Shown: positions 26,269 through 35,800, counted from the stretch's first letter. The stretch is 64,000 bases of DNA from an uncultured virus (IMG/VR IMGVR_UViG_3300048927_000758) (IMGVR_UViG_3300048927_000758); one strand, 5' to 3'. A program made the numbers and translations. Notes: generated by a model from the letters alone, not told the origin.

Positions 26269-28389
26269 CTATTCGCGCCCTATTTGAGGCGAAGGCGCCC
26301 GCTGCTCTATCGTCAATATTGCCGATGCTGCAACATCGAATTCTTTTGATGAGTAAAAACTTCGCTTAACCTTCCTGACTCTTGGCATTTCTTCCCGTAT
26401 ACGCGCCACAATCGCCCTCACGGCGGCTGTGTCTGTCCAGTCAATCACTCGCAGATTGTCAGAAGTGGACGCCGTAGCGGTGCTCCCAGCCTGAATATCA
26501 GGCCAATTTGCGGCCCGTTTCTTTTCACCTAACCCACAGTTATTGACAGGACTCCGAGGCGCGCCGGAGGCGCTTTTTAAGGTCAAAACCTCGACGTCAA
26601 CGGCAGAAGAAATGATCCGCCATTGTGTTGTACGGGTTTCATAAACGCGGGAGTCGCCGAGGTGAGGCGCGAAAATGCCCACAACCTTTTTCACTTCCTC
26701 ATCGTAGGCGTTCAGCTCATCAGCAACGCGGCGAGCTACACGCACAGTTTGATCATCGCGTGGAACATTTGCGCCGCCCTGGGCTGACATGTACGCCATA
26801 AAATCACCGGCATCAGCAGCAGCGCGGACGGCTTCGACTTCTTCGTCAAAGGTTTCAGTCAGATTGATGGAACGGATGCGGCGGCACTCACGGTATGAAC
26901 CCATGGTTGGCAGGCCGATAGGATGAAATTGAGGGATCCGCCAGGTAGCAGCCCAGGCGGTAACAGCGGCAGCGGAGTCTGTCAGCAACTCGCCGGTTTC
27001 GTGGTCGCGCTCGCCTTCCAGGGCGTAACCGTCGATGTTCTTTGCGATGTATTTGGCGATATAGCCAGCCGCGCCGCCACGGTTCATGTGCTTACAGTCA
27101 AAGCGGTTCTTTGCCGCACCGCGCTCGTCACCGTCTTCTTTCATGGCGTATTTGCGCATGATATCGATCACCCGCTGACGCATAACAGGCTTGGTGAATA
27201 ACATCATGTGCCAGTGCGGCGTCGCGTCGTGGTGAGGCTCTACAACGCGCATCCCGTAAACGGACAGGCCGCTATCTTTGAACGCGGTGCGCATTTTGCT
27301 CCAGATCCCGCACAGATAACGCTGCGCATCTTTCGGGGTATAGGCTTCTTTGTCCCAGGCGTGATTTCGCTGAACGCGCTTTCTATCGCCCTTGCCCACC
27401 ATGCGGGTCGGGTGATATTTGGACGGAGTGGTGATAGTGAGGAACATCCCGACGTCGCCATTTGCAGCAGCATATTTTTCAGTGCCAGCGATCGTGCTCA
27501 TTAGCTCCATCCGGCGGATTTCAGGGTTTGAAATACTCGCCATCACTTTGTCGATCAGGCTGAAACGCTCGCCGGTTTCGATGTTTTCCAGGTCGCAGCT
27601 TTTCAGGTAGTCGAGATTCGACAGACGACGCGCACATACTTCACGGATAGCCTGCTTGCTGGCATACGGGGAAGCATCACGGTTCACTTTGCCGATGGCG
27701 ATCAGCAAAGATTCACGCCAGCGGGTGCGCTGGCCTTTCAGTTGGCGTAACCACCAATCCGGATTAACCAGGCGCGACATGGCAGCGATAGCGGAAACGG
27801 CATCCAGTTTGTCTTTGCAATATCTTGTCCAGTACATCGGCGTGACATTGAAAGCCCGCGCCATACCGGCGATTTCGCTGTACAGCTCGCACTGGGTATC
27901 ACGCTCAAAAAGAATCGAATTATCCCCGTTGTACTGCGCAAGCAACTGATCGCAACGTTCTTCATAGATTTCTTTCAGTTGCCCGGCGATGTCCTGAGCG
28001 AATCTGCGCAGCGGTTTATCGCTCATGCTCGGCAGACCGTGATAGATGTCCGCCTCAGACATGAATTTCATGGAGGCTTTAACATTCATTGCGTGAGCCG
28101 CATTGACCGCTTCGACGCGGGGAAGAATGCTGCGGCCAAGGGTATAAATCAGGTATTTATTGGCAGCGTGAATGCCCTGCGTTTTCAGCAGATACGCATG
28201 GCGACCTGTGAAAATTTCCCGCAGGTCGGTAGAGAGGGCTTTTACTCTGATTAAAACAGCTTGCCCCTGATCGTATTCATCACGGGTAAGCGATCTTTCC
28301 AGGCCAGAAACGGCCTGGCGTGGTTTATTCCATGAGAACGCCCAGACTGCAGGCGTTTCAATTTGGGGAGTGAAGCGGCTTACATGCAT
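26269..28389 (-). CDS. A: Rolling-circle replication initiator gpA
   Basis: TITTPSKYH, EPHHDATPHWH (HUH), GYIAKYIAKNIDG tyrosine pair, WAATWRIPQF. Confidence 0.95.
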   Translation of the reverse strand: MHVSRFTPQIETPAVWAFSWNKPRQAVSGLERSLTRDEYDQGQAVLIRVKALSTDLREIFTGRHAYLLKTQGIHAANKYLIYTLGRSILPRVEAVNAAHAMNVKASMKFMSEADIYHGLPSMSDKPLRRFAQDIAGQLKEIYEERCDQLLAQYNGDNSILFERDTQCELYSEIAGMARAFNVTPMYWTRYCKDKLDAVSAIAAMSRLVNPDWWLRQLKGQRTRWRESLLIAIGKVNRDASPYASKQAIREVCARRLSNLDYLKSCDLENIETGERFSLIDKVMASISNPEIRRMELMSTIAGTEKYAAANGDVGMFLTITTPSKYHPTRMVGKGDRKRVQRNHAWDKEAYTPKDAQRYLCGIWSKMRTAFKDSGLSVYGMRVVEPHHDATPHWHMMLFTKPVMRQRVIDIMRKYAMKEDGDERGAAKNRFDCKHMNRGGAAGYIAKYIAKNIDGYALEGERDHETGELLTDSAAAVTAWAATWRIPQFHPIGLPTMGSYRECRRIRSINLTETFDEEVEAVRAAADAGDFMAYMSAQGGANVPRDDQTVRVARRVADELNAYDEEVKKVVGIFAPHLGDSRVYETRTTQWRIISSAVDVEVLTLKSASGAPRSPVNNCGLGEKKRAANWPDIQAGSTATASTSDNLRVIDWTDTAAVRAIVARIREEMPRVRKVKRSFYSSKEFDVAASAILTIEQRAPSPQIGRE
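26539..26562 (-). other. Replication origin (gpA nick site) within gene A
   Basis: Minus strand GCGCCTCGGAGTCCTGTCAATAAC matches the P2 ori sequence. Confidence 0.85.
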
Positions 28390-28583
28390 TTAATTGAAGC
28401 CTTGCTAACGATGCAACCAACGGCCTCGATTGCTGCGAGTTCTGCCTCAGCCCTATTAAGGCGCTCAAATATCTCAAGGAGATATTCAGCAGTTTCAAGC
28501 GTCAGAATTGCCCTGACGTCATGACCTTCATGACGGGCCGCAACAAACCCTTTTATTGAATCAATAGTTGAAGCTTTCATCAC
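28380..28583 (-). CDS. Hypothetical early protein
   Basis: 67 aa, overlaps the dam stop and the A start. Confidence 0.55.
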   Translation of the reverse strand: MMKASTIDSIKGFVAARHEGHDVRAILTLETAEYLLEIFERLNRAEAELAAIEAVGCIVSKASIKCM

Positions 28584-29446
28584 TCAGCCCCTTCCGTTTC
28601 TTCTTCCTGCACAAATGACCAATGTTGAGGTTCTTTAGGGAGTATTTTTGCGATGATTTCAGGGGCAGATTTAATACTGCTTGCCGCCGCGCCGACCGAA
28701 CGAGGAGCGTTCAGCTCAACAATCTCAAACTTGCCGTAAAGGCCACGGGATTCACGGGTATCTGAATTAGATGCAACGACGGGATAATTTTGCTCAGCCA
28801 GCACGAGCAAATTGGCACTTAGTAGTCCGTGCTCAAATCCACCAAAGCAGGCGGCAGAGTAGCCAGTAAAGTTTGCGGAGGAAGAAGCTGGCAGGTATGG
28901 CGGATCACAATAAACAACGTCTCCAGGCTGAACCATTCCCAGAGATTCATCAAAAGAGCAGCATATGAAATTCGCTCGTTTCGCTTTTTCAGCAAAAAGG
29001 AGGATTTCATTTTTTGGAAAATACGGCGCTTTATACTTTCCGTAAGGCACATTAAAACCACCTGTTTGGTTATAACGACACAATCCGTTGAAACAGTGAC
29101 GGTTCAAATATAGGAATACTACTGCACGATTAAAATCAGTTAACCCTCCGAGATTAAAACCGAGACGAATATTGTAAAAACTTTCAGCGTCATTAGATGA
29201 CTCAAATAAATTCTTTGCAGTGCGGATAAAAGCCAGAGGTTTTTCTTTTATAACTTTATACATATTAATCAGATCAGGATTAATATCTGCAATCAAATAC
29301 TCTGAATAATCAGTATTCATCATGACGGCACATGAGCCAGCAAACGGCTCAACTAAACGATGTCCGGCTGGCAGATGCTCTTTTAATACATCCATAATGC
29401 GAATTTTAGAACCCGCCCATTTAAGTACAGTGCGTACTTGTTCCAT
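28580..29446 (-). CDS. dam: Dam-family DNA adenine methyltransferase
   Basis: LKWAGSK, VEPFAGS, FNGLCRYN..G.FNVPYG, YCDPPY. Confidence 0.94.
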   Translation of the reverse strand: MEQVRTVLKWAGSKIRIMDVLKEHLPAGHRLVEPFAGSCAVMMNTDYSEYLIADINPDLINMYKVIKEKPLAFIRTAKNLFESSNDAESFYNIRLGFNLGGLTDFNRAVVFLYLNRHCFNGLCRYNQTGGFNVPYGKYKAPYFPKNEILLFAEKAKRANFICCSFDESLGMVQPGDVVYCDPPYLPASSSANFTGYSAACFGGFEHGLLSANLLVLAEQNYPVVASNSDTRESRGLYGKFEIVELNAPRSVGAAASSIKSAPEIIAKILPKEPQHWSFVQEEETEGAE

Positions 29447-29525
29447 TACATGCCGCCTTTGATATCAGAAAGGAAAAAACGGGCGGCATTCACCGCCAGA
29501 ATAAGCAGAGCTACAGACAAACCAA

Positions 29526-29750
29526 TCATTGGTTGCCTCGGTAGTGTTTGGCGTTGAGTTCTGCCAGTTCTTTGCAATACACACACAGTTCAACACCTGG
29601 CAGAGCTGCGCGGCGTTCTTCGGGAATTGGGCGATCACAATCAAGGCAGAACATTGCAGATACGCCTGCAACAGGGGCGCGTGCTGCTTGGATTTGGGCG
29701 GACAGAATTAAGTCAGCGCGTTCTTGGGCGCTGTCGATGACATCAGCCAT
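29526..29750 (-). CDS. TraR/DksA C4 zinc-finger protein (P2 Orf82-like)
   Basis: MAD..D.AQE...CLDC..PIPEERR..LPG..LCVYC. Confidence 0.9.
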   Translation of the reverse strand: MADVIDSAQERADLILSAQIQAARAPVAGVSAMFCLDCDRPIPEERRAALPGVELCVYCKELAELNAKHYRGNQ

Positions 29751-30084
29751 TTGCCACCTCCAACTGTTGAATTTTTACCAGGGCAGCAAATACCAGATCA
29801 GCAGCGCGATTGTACTCAGCCCGCATTTTGATAGAGCTGGTGATACGCCTTGCCCGAATAGCACGGTTAACAGAACGATTGATAAACTCGGCGGCAAGAC
29901 TGAATTTCAACTGGTGCACATCCAATGTGGAGCAATACTGTTTATTGGTTTCCTTATCCGTCTTAATTTCAGCAAGGATAAGATCACCGTTCTTTTTCGG
30001 GATGATGGTATACGCCAGATCGATATCAATGCGCTTTGCCATGGCTTCTGCCATTTCTGGCGTGGCTTCTTCATGTTTCATCAT
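29743..30084 (-). CDS. Hypothetical early protein
   Basis: 113 aa, coupled to both neighbours. Confidence 0.6.
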   Translation of the reverse strand: MMKHEEATPEMAEAMAKRIDIDLAYTIIPKKNGDLILAEIKTDKETNKQYCSTLDVHQLKFSLAAEFINRSVNRAIRARRITSSIKMRAEYNRAADLVFAALVKIQQLEVANG

Positions 30085-30362
30085 TAGTGCAGGTCTCCCG
30101 CTTCATTTTGAATGCGGGTGGCTTCCTGGCGTAATGCTTCGGCAGCTTCGATTCCGGTCATTTCTTTTTGGATGATGAAACATGCGATAGATTCCAGGCG
30201 GGAGGCAAACACCTGCGCACGATTGCCACGTTCTTCATTACGTGCAGCATTGAGCATTAAGGTCAGCTCACCGGTGTAATCACCCTCAGCCGAACCCATA
30301 TCAAAACCGACAACAGGCAAACCAGCAAAGCCGATTCGGGATTTATTAATCATTTCTTTCAT
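30084..30362 (-). CDS. DUF2732-like early protein
   Basis: LNAARNEER...SRLESIA...EALRQEA pattern; position in the early operon. Confidence 0.7.
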   Translation of the reverse strand: MKEMINKSRIGFAGLPVVGFDMGSAEGDYTGELTLMLNAARNEERGNRAQVFASRLESIACFIIQKEMTGIEAAEALRQEATRIQNEAGDLH

Positions 30363-30429
30363 GTATAAAACTCCTGTTTTTGGGCAAAAAAATGCCCGGC
30401 GGGTTTACGCCTATTAATTTGAATTCGGG

Positions 30430-30738
30430 TTAGTGCTTAATATTTATTCTGCAATCGTCTTCACTGATAAATTTCGGCAGGGTCTCAGTTAATCCCAGTA
30501 AAGAATTTAGCGCCGCAATCACTTGATGCCTTTCAGTCGGCGTTAATTCTGCAAACTTCATTTCAACATGGCGGCTTTTCAGGCCAGCATGAAAGCAGAT
30601 TGTTTTACGCATATGCAGCGGCTGACTATCAAATGTTTCCTGCGCTACATTCTTTTTGTGTTCCAACATCTCTTTAATTTTAGAAAGATGCTTTTTGCCT
30701 ATCTGAATATGTTCTTCATTTCCTAAAAACATAAACAC
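30430..30738 (-). CDS. P2-family early protein (DUF5347-like)
   Basis: ICFHAGLKSRHV...ELTPTER pattern, shared with 63422-63748. Confidence 0.6.
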   Translation of the reverse strand: MFMFLGNEEHIQIGKKHLSKIKEMLEHKKNVAQETFDSQPLHMRKTICFHAGLKSRHVEMKFAELTPTERHQVIAALNSLLGLTETLPKFISEDDCRINIKH

Positions 30739-30739
30739 C

Positions 30740-30910
30740 TCAACTAAACAGGCGCTTTAAAAGCGGCTTTGAATTTCTCACCGCCTGCGGGGCAGTGGCT
30801 TTTGACAGTGAAGGATTCCAGCGCTTTCCATCTGGCAGCTCAATGCAACCATGGCCGAAATGGCGTGAAGGGCTTTGCTGTTTTAGCAGCGGAGCAATTG
30901 AGATCACCAT
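30740..30910 (-). CDS. fil: Fil-like (DUF2724) early protein, 56 aa, absent from the ORF track
   Basis: Hand translation MVISIAPLLKQQSPSRHFGHGCIELPDGKRWNP...; homologous to 63751-63954. Confidence 0.75.
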   Translation of the reverse strand: MVISIAPLLKQQSPSRHFGHGCIELPDGKRWNPSLSKATAPQAVRNSKPLLKRLFS

Positions 30911-30912
30911 GT

Positions 30913-31419
30913 TCAGACCATCCCGTTAGTGGCAACACTTGCGACAGCACCAACAACAGAGGCCAGAGCGGGTGAAGCTTCTACGCGTCCCTGCATCGCT
31001 AAGCCGATTAGCGAAAGATGGCGAATGCCTGCATTTACACTTTCGATAATTGAGTTTTTAACCTGACGCGTCTGCCGTTCCGGCGATGCCGCACCCGCAG
31101 CAACTGAACCCAGGGCAGCAGTGGCGTGAAGTGTGTAGGTGACAATATTATCCTCGGCCAACTCATTCACGGGCACGGCAGGCATACATTTCATCTGTGC
31201 CAGCAATCCATCAATCAGAGTTGGGTCTTCGGTAACATCTGTGATCACTGCAATTTCAATGACGGTGAGCTGATGCACCTGATCGGGATTCAACTTGTTG
31301 CGCAGGGTCTGTTCTTTCATTCCAATAGTGCGGGCAAGTTTTGACAGGTTGTGACGAACGGCAAAAGCACGACACGCGTTATCAAAGTGCTGCTGGTTGG
31401 AAACCTGAAAATCAAACAT
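30913..31419 (-). CDS. cII: 186-type CII lysogeny establishment activator
   Basis: MFDFQVS...FDNACRAFA...TLRNKLNPDQVHQLT. Confidence 0.92.
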   Translation of the reverse strand: MFDFQVSNQQHFDNACRAFAVRHNLSKLARTIGMKEQTLRNKLNPDQVHQLTVIEIAVITDVTEDPTLIDGLLAQMKCMPAVPVNELAEDNIVTYTLHATAALGSVAAGAASPERQTRQVKNSIIESVNAGIRHLSLIGLAMQGRVEASPALASVVGAVASVATNGMV

Positions 31420-31449
31420 GTTTACCTCTCAAAATTCACTTAATGTGAA

Positions 31450-31710
31450 TTAAGCACCAATTATGATTTGAAAGCGTGAATGACCAAGATTCTTTTTGGC
31501 TTCCATTTCTTTATAACGAGCGTAAAGAATTCTGATTGGACCACCTGCACGCTTGTTACCTTTCTTGATAGTTCGCGGTTCTATGGGAATGCGGGGGTTT
31601 TCGCCGGTTGTCTGGCGATAAACGGTGCGAACGGATACACCTTCGAGGGCTGCGAATTCTTCTGGGTGCACTGTTGCACGGGGGATCTTAATTGTAATGA
31701 GAGCGGTCAT
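31450..31710 (-). CDS. apl: Apl/Cox excisionase-repressor
   Basis: ITIKIP..TV..EEFAALEGVS.RTVYR...HSRFQIIIGA. Confidence 0.9.
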   Translation of the reverse strand: MTALITIKIPRATVHPEEFAALEGVSVRTVYRQTTGENPRIPIEPRTIKKGNKRAGGPIRILYARYKEMEAKKNLGHSRFQIIIGA

Positions 31711-31739
31711 AATGCATCATTCCCTTTTTAGTGATTTAT

Positions 31740-31822
31740 TTGTCATTGATTGCCACCGTTTACCAACTATTGCCATCAATGAATCAGGTTTAACCGCACT
31801 TTAATGCGTAAAAACGCATTAA
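31740..31822. promoter_or_regulatory. Lytic/lysogenic switch region: 10-bp periodic Apl-type repeats and a palindromic operator
   Basis: TTGTCA/TTGCCA/TTACCA/TTGCCA at 31740, 31750, 31760, 31770; palindrome TTAATGCGT-AAAA-ACGCATTAA at 31801-31822. Confidence 0.65.
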
Positions 31823-31844
31823 TCAATACGTGGGTACGTATTTC

Positions 31845-32432
31845 ATGGAAAAAGATGCTGGGATAAGTAACGAAGATGTTCTTAATCGAATCTGCAAAGC
31901 TTACGGATTTAGCCAGAAAATCCAGCTAGCCAGACACTTCAACATTGCAGCTAGTTCGCTACAAAACCGCTACACACGCGGCTCCATCTCCTATGACTTC
32001 TTAGTTCACTGCTCCCTGGAAACCGGAGCGGAGACACGCTGGTTACTTACTGGGGAAGGAGAAAGTTCAAGGAGTGGTTTAGATACTTCAAATGTTCAAA
32101 ACGCTTATTCAATATTTAAATTATTCACTTTAAGTGAAGGAAAGCTTAGTGAAGACGGTTCTTTGAACATCGATCACAAGCTTTTTGGTAAAGCTCTTAC
32201 TCAACCTATCTGTGTTAAGTCTGATGGAAAGACTCATATGGTTGAAAAAGATGCGTCTCTTTCTGACGGAACATGGTTGGTCGATATTGAAGGATCTATC
32301 AGCATCCGCGACTTGACGTTATTACCAGCAAGGAGGCTTCACGTTGCGGGCGGCAAAGTCCCTTTTGAATGTGGCATAGATGAGATAAAAACGCTTGGCC
32401 GAGTGATAGGGATTTACGCAGAGGTGAACTGA
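31845..32432 (+). CDS. cI: 186-type CI immunity repressor
   Basis: VLNRICKAYGFSQKIQLARHF...WLLTGEG...DGTWLVDIEG. Confidence 0.92.
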   Translation: MEKDAGISNEDVLNRICKAYGFSQKIQLARHFNIAASSLQNRYTRGSISYDFLVHCSLETGAETRWLLTGEGESSRSGLDTSNVQNAYSIFKLFTLSEGKLSEDGSLNIDHKLFGKALTQPICVKSDGKTHMVEKDASLSDGTWLVDIEGSISIRDLTLLPARRLHVAGGKVPFECGIDEIKTLGRVIGIYAEVN

Positions 32433-33430
32433 TGGCAATCAGAAAACAGGCTGATGGATGGTGGTTATGCGAGCTTTATCCGAACGGCGCAAAAGGGAAG
32501 CGCATTCGTAAAAAGTTTGCGACCAAAGGCGAGGCGATAGCCTTCGAGCAACACACCATCACAAAACCCTGGCATGAAGAAAAAGAAGATAACCGCACGT
32601 TGCTGGATCTGATAAAAGCCTGGTACTCAGCTCACGGCATAACCTTAAAAGATGGCGAACGGCGTCAGGATGCCATGACTCATGCCTATGAATGTATGGG
32701 TCAGCCGCTCGCAAGGGAATTCGATGCACAGATGTTTTCCCGATACCGTGAAAAACGTCTTTCAGGGGATTACGCACGCTCCAATCGGGTTAAAAAAGTA
32801 GCGCCGCGAACCATTAACCTTGAGCTGGCATATTTTAGAGCTGTTTTTAATGAGCTTGGTCGCCTAGGAGAATGGAAGGGCGATAACCCGATCAAGAACG
32901 TGCGCCCTTTCCGTACAGAAGAAAGCGAGATGGCTTTTCTCACAAAAGATCAGATTGGGCAATTACTTGAAGAATGCGGACGAGAAAAGAATAAGGACCT
33001 CGTTTGCATCGTTAAGTTGTGCTTATCAACCGGCGCACGCTGGTCAGAAGCAGAAGAACTCAATAGAAGTCAGGTCACAAAATATAAAATCACTTACACA
33101 AAGACAAAAGGCCGAAAAAATAGAACCATCCCTATAAGTGAAGATCTTTATGACTCGTTACCAGAAGTGAAAAAAGGCAGGCTATTCAAAAATTGCTATG
33201 GAGCATTCCGTTCCGCACTTGAACGAACTGATATTGAACTACCAGCCGGTCAGCTAACACACGTTTTACGCCACACTTTCGCATCTCACTTTATGATGAA
33301 TGGTGGTAACATTTTGGTCTTGCAACGTGTTCTCGGCCACACAGACATCAAAATGACGATGCGTTATGCACACTTTGCACCTGAACATTTAGAAGACGCT
33401 GTAAAATATAATCCACTACATAATTTTTAA
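32432..33430 (+). CDS. int: Tyrosine integrase (186/HP1 family)
   Basis: TGARWSE (R), KTKG (K), HVLRHTFASHF (HxxR), LGH, MRYAH (Y). Confidence 0.96.
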   Translation: MAIRKQADGWWLCELYPNGAKGKRIRKKFATKGEAIAFEQHTITKPWHEEKEDNRTLLDLIKAWYSAHGITLKDGERRQDAMTHAYECMGQPLAREFDAQMFSRYREKRLSGDYARSNRVKKVAPRTINLELAYFRAVFNELGRLGEWKGDNPIKNVRPFRTEESEMAFLTKDQIGQLLEECGREKNKDLVCIVKLCLSTGARWSEAEELNRSQVTKYKITYTKTKGRKNRTIPISEDLYDSLPEVKKGRLFKNCYGAFRSALERTDIELPAGQLTHVLRHTFASHFMMNGGNILVLQRVLGHTDIKMTMRYAHFAPEHLEDAVKYNPLHNF

Positions 33431-33505
33431 TAAAAAATACGCAATTAAAAATATCTGTGACAGATTACTCTGCACATCTAATCATATGACAATGCGAGCT
33501 AAATA

Positions 33506-34351
33506 ATGGAAATTTTGGAGAAATTTATTTTACAAATTCTTACATCTGCAGCTTTTAGTGTTGCACTTCTAGCATGTTTGGGATGGCTTTTTAGAACCTG
33601 GTTAGGAGAACGGATCCAATTGAGTATTAAAAACGAATATGATAAAAAATTAGAGAAGTTCAAAGCCGAAATCAAAGATGAAGCTGATGTTCGCCTTACA
33701 GATATGAAGGCACTTCTAAATCGTCAATCCGAAATATTAAGAATTACAGCAACCTCTTTCTCTGAAGTCCAAAAAGCCACTATTGCAAGAAAAATTGAGG
33801 CTGTGGATATTCTGTGGCATGGTATTATCACATTTAGGAAAAAATTCCCTAGCTCAGCTTATTTAACAGATATTTTAACAGATAAAGAACTGAGTGAATT
33901 ACATACCGACCCAAATTCACGAAAGCATTCAGAAGAATTAGATAAATTTAATTTAGATGATTTGATTTCGGCTAGTTCCAATGAGGTTTTATTGGTCAGG
34001 CCGCATCTTGGGGAATTTGTATGGGCCCTTTACTCCATCTATTGCACTATCTTAATGCGCTCCATTTTTTTATTAAAATCAGGGAGAAATGAACAAAATA
34101 AAATACTATGGTTTAATGATCAGCGTATAAAAGACCTGATAGAATCAGCTTTTGGTAACGAGCGTTTTTTAGAATTTGAAAAACTTAATTGTGGAAGATA
34201 TCAATGGCTGAGTAATCAGTTCGATTCATCATTATTTAAAGCGATCGATACTCTTCTAACAGGTAAGAGTTTCAGTGACGCTGCTTTGCGCCAAGCACAA
34301 CTAATGGAAAAACATATCTACACTAGTAGTTCTGAGCTCCCCCCACGATAA
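33506..34351 (+). CDS. Hypothetical membrane-anchored accessory protein
   Basis: 281 aa AT-rich ORF; N-terminal hydrophobic helix then charged coiled-coil-like stretch. Confidence 0.75.
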   Translation: MEILEKFILQILTSAAFSVALLACLGWLFRTWLGERIQLSIKNEYDKKLEKFKAEIKDEADVRLTDMKALLNRQSEILRITATSFSEVQKATIARKIEAVDILWHGIITFRKKFPSSAYLTDILTDKELSELHTDPNSRKHSEELDKFNLDDLISASSNEVLLVRPHLGEFVWALYSIYCTILMRSIFLLKSGRNEQNKILWFNDQRIKDLIESAFGNERFLEFEKLNCGRYQWLSNQFDSSLFKAIDTLLTGKSFSDAALRQAQLMEKHIYTSSSELPPR

Positions 34352-34535
34352 AATACTTCCGACATTTAGTAATCTCACGCTTATGGAACTCAACTGACCG
34401 TAATATTTGGCTACACTCAAAAATGACAATTATTTTTCTCTTATATATATGGTTAGCTACCAAAACATTCCATTAACAGCTGCATATAGCAGGCATACAA
34501 CGTTTCGCATAGCCTCCATGAAACCTAGAAAGCAA

Positions 34536-34594
34536 TGGCGATAAAATGGCGATACAATCGGTGTATCATGGCAAATAGTGGTAATAATTGGCAA
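34536..34594 (+). promoter_or_regulatory. int-proximal att arm: Int arm-type repeats and Apl-type repeats
   Basis: TGGCGAT at 34536 and 34547; TGGCAA/TGGTAA/TGGCAA at 34569, 34579, 34589. Confidence 0.65.
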
Positions 34595-34648
34595 CTTATA
34601 TCATTGTTTATTAAAACAAATACTTGTTTTATATAATATTAAGTTGAT

Positions 34649-34701
34649 ACTCATAATCGCTTGGTCGCTGGTTCAAGTCCAGCAAGGGCCACCAAATTTT
34701 A
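34649..34701 (+). repeat. att core, copy 2 (3' half of tRNA-Ile); junction between prophages 1 and 2
   Basis: Exact 53-bp match to 678-730; lacks the tRNA 5' half. Confidence 0.95.
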
Positions 34702-34720
34702 TATTTAAAATCATGCATTT

Positions 34721-34749
34721 AAGCCACTTTATTGAAAAGTGGCTTTTTT
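34721..34749 (+). terminator. Intrinsic terminator after att copy 2
   Basis: AAGCCACTTT-loop-AAAGTGGCTT plus T-tract; homologous to 750-777. Confidence 0.75.
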
Positions 34750-34901
34750 GTTTATGCCGTTGATGTCGCAAATTCGTCGCACAAGCTCTTACATTTGTAA
34801 AGCGGCACCTCTACAACTTATGGGATTTGTAAGCTCTGTCTGTTTGAAACCTTGGTAAACTATGCGATATTGACCTATCGAAAATCGTATCAGGAAGAAA
34901 C

Positions 34902-35798
34902 ATGTTCGATTCGAGAACAGGCCTTACCATCATGGTTCCTACGCTAAACGATACAGAAAGTGATTTCTCACGCTTGTTTATGATTTTTGAGCAAGTAATG
35001 AGCTCTACAACGCAACAGGTTCTCTTTGTTTTCACTTATTGTCGTTTCTTAAGGCCAAACGCTGTTGCTTTCCTTGGCGGAACCGTTCGCTCTCTTCAGA
35101 GAAAGGGGGTAACTGTATTCATTGATTGGACTTCCTTCCAAGAAAAGGTAAAAGCTTCACTTACACAAAATACTTTTTGCAGCAAACTTGGCCATGGCAC
35201 CCCTGGCTATTTAGGCCATGCAATTCCATATAGAGAGGATCCCAGGGAGGATGCAAACTCTATACTTGATTATTTAACACAAAATTGGATCGGTAAAGGT
35301 TGGGTGAAAGTTAGTGAAGAGCTTAGAGATGCGATTGCAGGTAAAGTCTGGGAGATATACGCTAACTCTTTTGAACACTCTAATTCATTAATAGGTGTAT
35401 ATTCTTGTGGCCAGCATTTCTATGGGAGAAATGAGCTTGTGTTATCTGTCGTCGACTTCGGCGTCGGAATACCACATAACGTTCGAGAGTATCTATCTTC
35501 AGATTCAAGAGCAGCATCTTTAACAGCTGAATCTTGCTTAAGATGGGCTTGTGTAAGTGGTAATACCACAGCCACGGCAAAAGGAATACCGAGAGGTTTA
35601 GGTTTACACTTACTAAAAGAACTTGTTCGAGTGAATAACGGAAAATTAGAACTTTATAGTCATAATGCTTATGTAAAGATGGATAGCTCTGGTGATGAAT
35701 TTAAAACCTTACCATTTTTCTTTAAAGGTACTATACTGAACATTACATTAGTCTGTGATGAGAAGTATTATAGACTCACTTCAGAATCAGGGAAATAA
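34902..35798 (+). CDS. GHKL (HATPase_c-like) ATP-binding protein with possible N-terminal STAS-like domain
   Basis: N box EIYANSFEHS, G1 box VVDFGVGI, G2 box RGLGL, C-terminal KGT; N-terminal F...RFLRPNAVAFL segment. Confidence 0.75.
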   Translation: MFDSRTGLTIMVPTLNDTESDFSRLFMIFEQVMSSTTQQVLFVFTYCRFLRPNAVAFLGGTVRSLQRKGVTVFIDWTSFQEKVKASLTQNTFCSKLGHGTPGYLGHAIPYREDPREDANSILDYLTQNWIGKGWVKVSEELRDAIAGKVWEIYANSFEHSNSLIGVYSCGQHFYGRNELVLSVVDFGVGIPHNVREYLSSDSRAASLTAESCLRWACVSGNTTATAKGIPRGLGLHLLKELVRVNNGKLELYSHNAYVKMDSSGDEFKTLPFFFKGTILNITLVCDEKYYRLTSESGK

Positions 35799-35800
35799 TA

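Larger units (their letters stand above)
678..34701. mobile_element. Prophage 1: apparently complete 186/P2-like temperate phage
   Basis: Full P2-type structural gene order, cos-like site, rep A with ori, cII/apl/cI/int switch, flanked by 53-bp direct repeats. Confidence 0.95.

Noticed and set aside
34649..34694. Second tRNA-Ile gene
   Set aside because: Only the anticodon loop to CCA is present; the 5' acceptor strand and D arm are missing. It is the att duplication.
34578..34763. 61-aa ORF across the att site
   Set aside because: Spans the recombination junction and terminator; chance ORF.
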